The position numbers and the translations under genes are program-made. DNA of 32,000 nucleotides from Deinococcus radiodurans R1 = ATCC 13939 = DSM 20539 (lineage in GTDB: Bacteria > Deinococcota > Deinococci > Deinococcales > Deinococcaceae). The first letter of the stretch is position 1, and each line of letters opens with the position of its first letter. Of this stretch, positions 1 to 11,373 are shown piece by piece. The stretch spans positions 2,069,834-2,101,833 of the forward strand of contig NC_001263.1 of NCBI RefSeq assembly GCF_000008565.1. The letters are read 5' to 3'. A model generated the notes under the pieces. That model was not told the DNA's origin. It ran no database searches and saw only the letters and a program-made list of their open reading frames with translations.

Positions 1-945
1 CGCTACTTCGCGGCCAAAGCGCGGGCACTGGGCAAACAGAAGCTCGACTGGTGGGACCTGTTCGCGCCGGTCGGAGAAACCTCTACAGAATGGACCTACG
101 AAGCCGGCAGCGAGTTCGTGGAGCGGCAGTTCCGGGGCTACTCGGACAAACTCGGTGACTTTGCCGCCCGCGCCTTTGCCGGGGACTGGGTGGACGCCGG
201 CCCGCGCGACGGCAAGCGCGGCGGGGCCTTTTGCATGGGCTGGCAGGGCGACGCGAGCCGCATTCTGATGAACCACAGCCCCAGCCTCGACAGCGTGTCC
301 ACCCTGGCCCACGAACTCGGGCATGGCTACCACAACTTCGTCAAGGCCGGGCGCACCCCGCTGCAAAAAGAAACGCCGATGACGCTGGCCGAAACCGCCT
401 CGATTTTCTGCGAAACGATCATCCAGAATGCGGCGCTGCAAACCGCGCAGGGCGCCGAGAAGCTCTACGTGCTCGAAACGCAGCTCCTGGGGCACGCGCA
501 GGTCGTGGTGGACATCCACAGCCGCTTCCTGTTCGAGCGCGCGGTCTTCGAAAAGCGGGCCGAGCGCGACCTGACCCCCCACGAACTATGCGAGCTGATG
601 ACGCAGGCCCAGCGCGAGAGCTACGGCGACGCGCTCGCCACGCTGCACCCCTACATGTGGGCCGTCAAGCCGCACTACTACGGCTCGACTTTTTACAACT
701 ACCCCTACACCTTCGGGCTGCTGTTCGGCCTCGGTCTGTACGCCCAGTACGAGCAGGCCCGCGCCGAGGGCAACGCCGCCGACTTCCAGCGCCGCTACGA
801 CGAGCTGCTCTCCTCCACTGGGCTCGCCGACGCCCGCACGCTCGCGGCCCGCTTCGGCATCGACCTGCACGCGCCCGATTTCTGGGAAGGCAGCCTGAAC
901 GTGATCCGCCGCCAGATTGATGAATACGAGCGCGCGGTGAGCTGA
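1..945 (+). CDS. pepF: Oligoendopeptidase F-like M3B zinc metallopeptidase, C-terminal part (gene enters from the left edge)
   Basis: Frame +1 is open from base 1 with no stop before the ORF-track start at 118. It contains the HEXXH zinc site LAHELGHGYH. Stop is TGA 943-945. Confidence 0.85.
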   Translation, partial: RYFAAKARALGKQKLDWWDLFAPVGETSTEWTYEAGSEFVERQFRGYSDKLGDFAARAFAGDWVDAGPRDGKRGGAFCMGWQGDASRILMNHSPSLDSVSTLAHELGHGYHNFVKAGRTPLQKETPMTLAETASIFCETIIQNAALQTAQGAEKLYVLETQLLGHAQVVVDIHSRFLFERAVFEKRAERDLTPHELCELMTQAQRESYGDALATLHPYMWAVKPHYYGSTFYNYPYTFGLLFGLGLYAQYEQARAEGNAADFQRRYDELLSSTGLADARTLAARFGIDLHAPDFWEGSLNVIRRQIDEYERAVS

Positions 946-990
946 GCTATGCCATCGGGGCCAGTCTGACGTGATGACCGGCCCCGACGC

Positions 991-1019
991 TTGCGCCTTT
1001 TGAAAGTGCGTGCTACTAT
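991..1019 (+). promoter_or_regulatory. Candidate sigma70-type promoter for tRNA-Asn
   Basis: TTGCGC (991-996), 17-nt spacer, TACTAT (1014-1019), about 45 nt upstream of the tRNA 5' end. Confidence 0.45.
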
Positions 1020-1061
1020 CCCTCTCGCGCCGGAAACGGCCCGCCACGCGCAAAGCGCGCA

Positions 1062-1141
<80 letters not shown>

Positions 1142-1146
1142 CGCAA

Positions 1147-1172
1147 CCCCCCGCCCCCGTGGTGGGGGTTTT
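1147..1172 (+). terminator. Intrinsic terminator after tRNA-Asn
   Basis: C-run/G-run hairpin (CCCCC 1154-1158 pairs with GGGGG 1164-1168) followed by TTTT. Confidence 0.6.
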
Positions 1173-1218
1173 GCTTTGCCTTTGATGTCAATGGAACGAA
1201 CAGGAGCGACAATCGGTC

Positions 1219-1662
1219 ATGGCTCTCACCCTGGCGCTGTTGACGCTCCTCGCCTTTGACCCGCTGCCCCTGGAACAGACGCCGTGGACGCTTCGCAGCC
1301 TGACGTTGCCGGGCCAGGAGACGTTCACTCTGGGGCCGCGCTTGCCCCGGCCCACGCTGCGACTCGGGCCGACGCGGTTCACGGGACACACCGGCTGCAA
1401 CGCCATTTCCGGGCAAGCCACTTGGGATGGAGGCCGCCTGACGTTACGAGTTCAGCACCAAACATCCCTCCCCTGCCCCGACCATCTGCTGAGTCTGGAA
1501 GCCGACTTTTTGCGGCTGCTCCAGGGCCCACTGCGGCCCGAACTCCAGGGACGCACGCTCACGCTGTCGGGGGAAGAGCGCGGGCGACTGGTGTTCGGCG
1601 CCCCCGGTTTCTCAAGTTCCGGCCCGGATGTCCTTACACCGGAGGCAGGGCGCGGCGATTAG
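1219..1662 (+). CDS. META-domain (HslJ-like) protein with hydrophobic N-terminus
   Basis: The translation shows the META-domain pattern W.L..L....... F.G.TGCN..SG....DG..L.......T...CP. GC3-rich frame; stop TAG 1660-1662. Confidence 0.7.
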   Translation: MALTLALLTLLAFDPLPLEQTPWTLRSLTLPGQETFTLGPRLPRPTLRLGPTRFTGHTGCNAISGQATWDGGRLTLRVQHQTSLPCPDHLLSLEADFLRLLQGPLRPELQGRTLTLSGEERGRLVFGAPGFSSSGPDVLTPEAGRGD

Positions 1663-1671
1663 ACTTCGGCC

Positions 1672-2244
<573 letters not shown>

Positions 2245-2264
2245 GCTGACTGCTTTTCCCCTGG

Positions 2265-2288
2265 CCCATCCCCTGTGGATGGGTTTTT
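2265..2288 (+). terminator. Intrinsic terminator after the DUF697 gene
   Basis: CCCATCC (2265-2271), loop CCTGT, GGATGGG (2277-2283), then TTTTT. Confidence 0.75.
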
Positions 2289-2370
2289 ATTTGGCGAACC
2301 CAGGCGGCTCCGAATGATTGGTGAACTGACGCCAAGTTGCCAAATCCACAACGAGTCAATAGGCTGAAGC

Positions 2371-3357
2371 ATGAACAAAGGCACTTTTTCTCTGCTCGCT
2401 GCGGGCCTGCTGCTGGTGGCCTGCGATACAGCGCCGCGCACGCCGGTCAGCTTCAATCCCGAGGTTGTGCTGACGAGTGACCCGGTGGGCGACGACCCAG
2501 GGCAACTCGACCTGCGGGCCACCGTGACCGCCCGTGACCCGGTGGAGCGCGTGGTGTTTTACCGCGACGGCAAACTGCTCGGCGAGGACCGTGAAGCGCC
2601 CTACACCTGGAGAGACCACATTGAAGACGGCGTCACGTACACCTATCAGGCAGTGGCCTATGACAAGGCCGAGCGCCGGGGCGCCAGCAATTTCTACGAC
2701 GTGACCTTGCGCCCCTCCCTCGAAAGCGTGGCAGGCAAGCTGAGCGAGCTGCCCGCGCTGACCTCGCCCACCGAGGCGCGGCCCTGGACGGGGGGCGCCG
2801 GCAAGCTGGAGCTGTTCGCCGGAGACCAGACCGTGCTCAGCACGCCGCTGGCCGCTGACGGGAGCTTCACCTTCGACCTGAAGCAGCCCCCCCAGACCGG
2901 CTGGCAGGCCGCGACCCCACAAAACCTGCTCGCTCCGCTGGGCCTCGCCGGTTGTCAAGGCAATGCCAGCAGCAGTGACCCGGCGGTGCGGATGGTGCCG
3001 ACTCAGACGCGGGTGAGCGCGGGCAAGAGCGGCCCGGTCGCGCCCTTCAAGGTCTTGCCGCCTACCCAGGCCGGAAACGTGCAGCTCAACTATTTCTCGC
3101 TGGGTTTCCTCGTCTACGCCGAGCGCAAGGTCAACCTGACAGGCCAGCTCACCTGCGGGACGGGCGCAGGCAGCACGCAGGTCAGTTTGCAGTTGCCGCT
3201 GCAACAGGGCTGGAACAAGGTGACGCAGCAGGTCACGCAGCCTTCCGGCGCGGCGCAGCCACGCAGCTCAGCCTCGCCACCAATTTTCCGGTGCCTGAGC
3301 AGTGGACGCTGCTGCCCCAGCGGCCCTGAGCGTAGCCCCGACCGCCCCGGCCCTTGA
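2371..3357 (+). CDS. Secreted lipoprotein of unknown function (Ig-like/beta-rich); 3' end possibly frameshifted
   Basis: Signal peptide with lipobox LLVAC (Cys18). The body is GC3-rich. The last ~38 codons look out of frame; see the finding at 3230-3357. Confidence 0.7.
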   Translation: MNKGTFSLLAAGLLLVACDTAPRTPVSFNPEVVLTSDPVGDDPGQLDLRATVTARDPVERVVFYRDGKLLGEDREAPYTWRDHIEDGVTYTYQAVAYDKAERRGASNFYDVTLRPSLESVAGKLSELPALTSPTEARPWTGGAGKLELFAGDQTVLSTPLAADGSFTFDLKQPPQTGWQAATPQNLLAPLGLAGCQGNASSSDPAVRMVPTQTRVSAGKSGPVAPFKVLPPTQAGNVQLNYFSLGFLVYAERKVNLTGQLTCGTGAGSTQVSLQLPLQQGWNKVTQQVTQPSGAAQPRSSASPPIFRCLSSGRCCPSGPERSPDRPGP

Positions 3358-3383
3358 CCCTCTCCCCCGCCGCGCCGCACAAT
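3354..3383 (+). promoter_or_regulatory. Candidate promoter of the glyQS T-box leader
   Basis: TTGACC (3354-3359), 18-nt spacer, CACAAT (3378-3383). It overlaps the stop of the upstream gene. Confidence 0.4.
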
Positions 3384-3395
3384 AGCCCGGAGGCG

Positions 3396-3604
3396 TTGAA
3401 CCGCAGGAGTACCGCGAAGAGCCCCCAACGAGCGAGCCTGAGACGGTGAGAGTCAGGCAGGGTGAGGCGCGACGGGAAAGGCAGCGGGGAGCCACAACCG
3501 GTCTGAAAGGTGCTGGCGAGGGCCAGAACTGGGGTGGAACCGCGCATGTCCCGTGCGTCCCCGGATGAGCTGCCACAACACGGCGACTCGTCCGGGACGT
3601 TTTC
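3396..3604 (+). promoter_or_regulatory. T-box riboswitch leader, glycine specifier (GGC)
   Basis: The Stem I base CCGC (3401-3404) pairs with GCGG (3484-3487). AGTA lies on the 5' side (3408-3411). The 3' side of the specifier loop reads GAAAGGCA, with GGC at 3480-3482 followed by A. The apical hairpin CCTGA-GACGGTGAGAG-TCAGG spans 3437-3457. The T-box sequence AACTGGGGTGGAACCGCG spans 3527-3544. A terminator hairpin plus T-run spans 3557-3604. The downstream gene is GlyRS. Confidence 0.85.
3557..3604 (+). terminator. T-box attenuator terminator
   Basis: GTCCCCGGATGAG pairs with CTCGTCCGGGAC (one bulge, one G-U), followed by GTTTTC. Confidence 0.75.
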
Positions 3605-3651
3605 ATGAGCTCAGATTGTCTCCCCGTCCAACTGTCTCACCGCTGCAAGCC

Positions 3652-3683
3652 GTTTGACCGTTCGACCCTTTGACTGTTTGACG
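3652..3683 (+). repeat. Four tandem 8-nt units (GTTTGACC GTTCGACC CTTTGACT GTTTGACG) in the glyQS 5' UTR
   Basis: Read directly: units at 3652-3659, 3660-3667, 3668-3675 and 3676-3683, ending 5 nt before the SD AAGGAG (3689-3694). Confidence 0.8.
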
Positions 3684-3698
3684 CTCCGAAGGAGCCAT

Positions 3699-5218
<1,520 letters not shown>

Positions 5219-5219
<1 letters not shown>

Positions 5220-5509
5220 TGGCCGAGCCTCTGACCATCTTCCTGATCGTGGACAATGCACCGGACGCGGAGGACGACTGTTACGCGCTGAGCGGCACGG
5301 TCATCCAGGAGGATGGTCAGGAGGTCTGGCGCGGCAATGAGGGCCGCTGGATTCCACTGGACGACGACTGGCGTGGGCGGCGGCGGGAGGTGAAACCGGA
5401 AGTGGCCCATCTCCTCGGCCCCGCCGCTCACTTTCTGCCCGTGGTGGTGCGCCTGCTGCCGGACGGCGACCTCGACGGCGTGCCGCTGGGGTGGAAGCTT
5501 CCACCGTGA
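5219..5509 (+). CDS. Hypothetical acidic 96-aa protein, translationally coupled to glyQS
   Basis: ATG 5219-5221 overlaps the glyQS stop TGA 5217-5219 (TGATG). The frame is GC3-rich and I recognised no family. A terminator follows. Confidence 0.55.
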
Positions 5510-5530
5510 TCCCCGAAACCTATCCTGACT

Positions 5531-5554
5531 CCTGCCCCCGTGCAGGGGTTTTTT
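5531..5554 (+). terminator. Intrinsic terminator ending the glyQS-orf96 unit
   Basis: CCTGC/GCAGG (or CCCC/GGGG) hairpin at 5531-5548 followed by TTTTTT (5549-5554). Confidence 0.65.
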
Positions 5555-5584
5555 GCTCTCCTGGCCCTCTGCCACAATCTCCCC

Positions 5585-6022
5585 ATGACCCAACGAACCG
5601 AGGAGCAGTATTTCGACCAACTGATGCAGCTCGAATTTGCTGTGCTGGGCTTTTTCGACGACCACCCGGACCTGACCGACGCGGTGGTGGACAGCGCCTA
5701 CGAGGAACTCGCCAAACGCTACCGCGCCGAGGCGACGGCCCATGAGTACAAGCCGGGCAAGCTGGACGGCCTGCGGCTGGAGCTGCACGACACCCTGCTG
5801 CCGCTCGCCGAGATGCTGGTGGGGCGGCCCGACAACGTGATGCCGTATGCGCCGGTCAGCGCCCAGGCCATGCAGGACGTGTTCAAGCGGCTGCGCGCCA
5901 GCATCAAGCGCTGGGGCAAGGTGGGCGGGCGGCAGGCGTATCTGAACTTCATAGGCGGGCAACTCGGCGGCCTGGAGCTCGACGGGCTGGAACTTGATGG
6001 ACTGGAACTGGACGAGGACTGA
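5585..6022 (+). CDS. Hypothetical protein with C-terminal (GLELD)x3 acidic repeat
   Basis: ATG 5585 sits 6 nt after the extended -10-like TGcCACAAT (5570-5578). The upstream part of the ORF-track call (5540) overlaps the terminator. The repeat is encoded at 5969-6013. Confidence 0.6.
   Translation: MTQRTEEQYFDQLMQLEFAVLGFFDDHPDLTDAVVDSAYEELAKRYRAEATAHEYKPGKLDGLRLELHDTLLPLAEMLVGRPDNVMPYAPVSAQAMQDVFKRLRASIKRWGKVGGRQAYLNFIGGQLGGLELDGLELDGLELDED
5969..6013 (+). repeat. Three tandem 15-nt units encoding GLELD
   Basis: GGCCTGGAGCTCGAC / GGGCTGGAACTTGAT / GGACTGGAACTGGAC. The peptide is conserved while third codon positions vary. Confidence 0.85.
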
Positions 6023-6027
6023 GCCTG

Positions 6028-7038
6028 TTAGCGGCTCAACAGCCGCCAGTGGCTGAGCGTCCCGCCCCGCGTAATGGCCCACAGTTCGCCCGCCGCGCTT
6101 ACCCCCACATCGGCGTAGTCGCCGCCGACTGTTTCCAGCCGCCGCAGCCGTCCGCCTGAGGTTTCTATCAGTTGGAGGCCCCGAGAAGTGGCGGCCACCA
6201 CCCGGGTTCCGCCCGGAAGCTGGACCACGGCGCCCAAACGTTCCCCGCACGGCAGCGACGCCAGCGCCCGGCCCGTCGCCGCGTCCCAGAGCCGCACTTG
6301 CCCGTCCGCCGAGGCGCTGAGCAGACGCGCAGGCGAGAGAAACAGCAGGTCGACGAGGCGGGCGCGGTGGGGCGCCTGGCCCGGCTCGTCAGCCAGCACA
6401 CGCAGGGGCCGCCCAGTCACGCTGCTGCGGAGGATGACCCCGCCGCCGACGGAACCGCTCGCCACCCACCGTCCGTCCGGGCTGAAGGCGAGGGCCGAGG
6501 TCCAGTTGGGTTGCATGCCGTCCCCGGCGGTGGGCCGCGTAACCGGCCAAAAGCTTCGCAGAGGGCTGACCCCCACGCGGACCAGCCGCGTCTGCCCTAC
6601 GGCGTTCACGCCTGCCAGCACGTAGCTTTGACCGCCCGGCGCGAAGGCCAGGGCGCTGACGCCCGCGCCGTCGCTGCCCTCGCGGTTGTCCGCCAATTTG
6701 CCCGTCCAGGCGTCGTAGTGCAGCGTGCCGCTGTGGGCCGACCAGAGGGTGCGGCTGTCGGGGCTGAACAGCAGCGTTTTACCGTCTCCATTGGCGGCGG
6801 GCACCCGGTAGAGCCGCCGCATCTTCGCGGTGTCCCGCACCTCGATGCGGGTGTCGTAGGGCGCGTAGGCGGGCGTGCGCGGCGCCGGGCGGGTCAGCGC
6901 CAGCAAGCGTCCGTCGGGACTGACGGCAATGGGCGCGTGACCCAGCCCTTGCCAGGTTTGGAGCAGGGTGAAAAAGCTGCCGGACGCTCCAGCGGAGCCG
7001 CTGAGCAGCGCCAGCATCAGTACGAGACGACGTGTCAT
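6028..7038 (-). CDS. Secreted WD40/beta-propeller repeat protein
   Basis: N-terminal signal peptide [20 protein letters not shown]. Repeated FSPD(G/S)R...S and [14 protein letters not shown]-like units are present. Confidence 0.8.
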   Translation of the reverse strand: MTRRLVLMLALLSGSAGASGSFFTLLQTWQGLGHAPIAVSPDGRLLALTRPAPRTPAYAPYDTRIEVRDTAKMRRLYRVPAANGDGKTLLFSPDSRTLWSAHSGTLHYDAWTGKLADNREGSDGAGVSALAFAPGGQSYVLAGVNAVGQTRLVRVGVSPLRSFWPVTRPTAGDGMQPNWTSALAFSPDGRWVASGSVGGGVILRSSVTGRPLRVLADEPGQAPHRARLVDLLFLSPARLLSASADGQVRLWDAATGRALASLPCGERLGAVVQLPGGTRVVAATSRGLQLIETSGGRLRRLETVGGDYADVGVSAAGELWAITRGGTLSHWRLLSR

Positions 7039-7129
7039 GCCGCAGCTTAAAGGCCGGGCGGGGGCGGGCGCGTCCGCCTTTCGGTGGATGTTCCTTTCCC
7101 CGGAGCAACCTCAGGCTAGACTGCCCCCC

Positions 7130-9469
<2,340 letters not shown>

Positions 9470-9494
9470 GCGAAAGCAGGAGATTTATCTTTAG

Positions 9495-9527
9495 AGGAAG
9501 GGGCCGTCGAGGTGCCCTTCCTTTTTT
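9495..9527. terminator. Terminator after pnp; overlaps the stop of the convergent small ORF
   Basis: AGGAAGGG (9495-9502) pairs with CCCTTCCT (9515-9522), followed by TTTTT. Confidence 0.75.
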
Positions 9528-9813
9528 ATGCTCTGTGTACAGCTTTGGGGTGGGTTGCCCGTCCAGACAGAACACCTACCCGGCCAAGCAGCAGCGGCGC
9601 AAGGCCGTAATAAACTGGGACGCCAGCGAAAAAGGTGAGGGAGACAAACATACCTATCCCCACCAGCGCACCCAGAACCGCTAGCAGCCGCAGCCCTGGC
9701 AGATGCCGTCCCCAGGCCCAGCCTCCCAAGACGGTAAACAAGCTGGCAGCGACGGTCAGCGCCCAGTGCCATGAGGTCACGACGGTGGGCGGACTGGCGA
9801 CAGGCATGGACAT
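9526..9813 (-). CDS. Small hypothetical membrane protein (95 aa, 2-3 hydrophobic helices)
   Basis: This is the 3' portion of the ORF-track entry 9526..11052, starting at ATG 9813 (MSMPVASPP...). It has hydrophobic segments. GC3 is only moderate and no family was recognised. Confidence 0.4.
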   Translation of the reverse strand: MSMPVASPPTVVTSWHWALTVAASLFTVLGGWAWGRHLPGLRLLAVLGALVGIGMFVSLTFFAGVPVYYGLAPLLLGRVGVLSGRATHPKAVHRA

Positions 9814-10005
9814 GGGTTTATTCTTCCCTGCTGCTCCTGACCCCACTCTGAACAAGAGTTTGCTCCTGCAAGCTGTTTTTTGAGCCAGAGAAGCTACGGG
9901 TGTGAACGGCGCAGAGCACATACGGATGCTTTTCCCAGACGCGCGGACGAGAGTCCAAATCCGTGTGACAGGTCCCTGTGACGCCCCGGCCCGTAGGCTG
10001 GGCGG

Positions 10006-11172
10006 GTGAACGTCGACACCCTCATCGTCCTCTTCGCCGGGCTGCTGGGCCTGCTGGTGGGGTCTTTTTCCAATGTGCTGATCTGGCGCCTGCCGAGAGG
10101 CGAAAACATCGCTTTTCCGCCGAGCCACTGCCCCAAGTGCGACCATCCGCTCAAGCCCACCGACCTCGTGCCGGTCTTTTCCTGGCTGGCGCTGGGAGGC
10201 CGCTGCCGCTACTGCCGCGCACCCATTAACCCGCGCTATCCGGTGGTGGAACTGCTCACGGGCGTCGCCTACGCCGTCATTGCCGCGACGTTTCCGCTGA
10301 GCACCTACGAGGCGGGCACGCTGGGACTGATGGTGCTGTTCACGATTTTGCTCGTCGGCAGCGCGATTGACCTCGACACCATGACTCTCCCTGACGAGCT
10401 GACGCTGCCCGGCACCCTGCTCGGCGTGCTGTTCGGGCTCGCGGGCGCGGGGCTCTACGCGCAGGAGGGTCAGTTGGGCCTGCCCAACGTCGCGCAGGCG
10501 GTGGAAGGCGCGCTGATGGGCGCGGGCGTCATCGTCTTGATCAGCGTGTACGGCTCGTGGGTGCTGCGGCGCTTCCGCGAACGGCAGTGGCCTGAAGCGC
10601 CCATCGGTTACCAGCAAATCAGCCTGGGGCTGCTGGCAGGCGCGTGGCTGGGGCCGTGGTGGGGCCTGGGCGTCGCGCTGCTCTCGGCGGCGGTCAACGT
10701 GGCGGCGAAAAAGGCCGTGCGGATTCCTGAACTGCTCACGCTGGGCGGCTTTCTGGTCAGCCTCGCCCTGAGCAGCGCGGGCACAGGGCCGGGCCTGCTC
10801 GACATGCTGCGCGGCGGCCTGATGGCGGCGGGCGCCGTCTCGCTCGTCTGCGGCGTGTACTGGTGGATCTACTGGCGGCGCAACAAGCAGGCTGAAGACG
10901 ACGGCACCGACGACGAGCAGAGTGACCCGGTGGCGATGGGCTTCGGGGACGTGAAGCTCGCCGCTGTGATTGGCGCCTTTCTGGGCTGGGAGCGGCTGCT
11001 GCTTGCCGTGGTGGTGGCAATTTTTGCGGGCGCCGTGCTGGGGCTGGTGCAACTCGCGCTCAAGCAGGAAAACCGGGTCAAGTTCGGCCCTTACCTCGCC
11101 CTGGGGGCCGTCGTCGCGCTGCTGTGGGGCGGGCCGCTGCTGGACTGGTACCGGGGGCTGCTAGGGATGTAA
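10006..11172 (+). CDS. pilD: Type IV prepilin peptidase / N-methyltransferase (A24 family) with a large internal insertion
   Basis: N-terminal CPKC...CRYC zinc-binding domain. The first Asp motif is GSAIDLDTMTLPDELTLP and the second is GFGDVKLAAVIGAFLGW. GTG start at 10006. Confidence 0.9.
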   Translation: MNVDTLIVLFAGLLGLLVGSFSNVLIWRLPRGENIAFPPSHCPKCDHPLKPTDLVPVFSWLALGGRCRYCRAPINPRYPVVELLTGVAYAVIAATFPLSTYEAGTLGLMVLFTILLVGSAIDLDTMTLPDELTLPGTLLGVLFGLAGAGLYAQEGQLGLPNVAQAVEGALMGAGVIVLISVYGSWVLRRFRERQWPEAPIGYQQISLGLLAGAWLGPWWGLGVALLSAAVNVAAKKAVRIPELLTLGGFLVSLALSSAGTGPGLLDMLRGGLMAAGAVSLVCGVYWWIYWRRNKQAEDDGTDDEQSDPVAMGFGDVKLAAVIGAFLGWERLLLAVVVAIFAGAVLGLVQLALKQENRVKFGPYLALGAVVALLWGGPLLDWYRGLLGM

Positions 11173-11186
11173 CGGCGATAAAGACC

Positions 11187-11237
11187 AAAAAGGAAGGGCC
11201 TTTCCGCCAGTTTCACCGGAAAGGCCCTTCCTTTTTT
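11187..11237. terminator. Strong, probably bidirectional intrinsic terminator
   Basis: Perfect 16-bp stem AGGAAGGGCCTTTCCG (11191-11206) pairing with 11217-11232, flanked by AAAA and TTTTT. Confidence 0.9.
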
Positions 11238-11251
11238 CGTCTCTTCTCAAG

Positions 11252-11372
11252 GCATTTAATGAAAAGATGCTTTGTGGTCTTGACCCTCTCCACTGGTGGG
11301 AGAGGGCCTGCCAAAGGCAGGGGTGAGGGGGCGTCCAGGCTAAATCTAACGAAACCTCATCCCATTAAATGC
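11252..11372. repeat. REP/SNR-like palindromic intergenic element bounded by a 10-bp inverted repeat
   Basis: GCATTTAATG (11252-11261) and CATTAAATGC (11363-11372) enclose two hairpins: CCCTCTCC/GGAGAGGG (11284-11306) and CCTGCC-AAA-GGCAGG (11307-11321). GGGTGAGGGGG follows. Confidence 0.5.
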
Positions 11373-11373
11373 T

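Noticed and set aside
3233-3606. Minus-strand ORFs 3233..3547 and 3268..3606, and ORF 3114..3428
   Set aside because: They lie across the T-box leader and its promoter. Their composition is shadow-like and no start context is present.
3654-3698. Upstream-extended starts given in the ORF track: glyQS TTG 3654, pnp 6968, MBL 20213, the 21312 ORF, BMP 15188, padR 22949, thrS 26558, DUF2905 29184, nusB 12515 and 5540.
   Set aside because: The extensions run through terminators, riboswitch or UTR elements, or the neighbouring or antisense gene. They lack SD or -10 context, whereas internal ATGs have a proper SD or a TAnnnT box at 5-7 nt and give canonical protein N-termini.
5969-6013. Short tandem repeats (5969-6013, 11891-11936, 31287-31309, 3652-3683) as possible CRISPR arrays
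   Set aside because: The units are 8-15 nt with no spacers, and two of the repeats are inside coding sequence. No cas genes are present, and they do not fit CRISPR architecture.
9871-9888. Weak hairpin (TTGC-TCCT-GCAA) plus T6 as a stand-alone terminator or sRNA end
   Set aside because: The stem is only 4 bp and no upstream plus-strand gene or promoter was identified. It is mentioned only inside the low-interest finding for 9526-10005.
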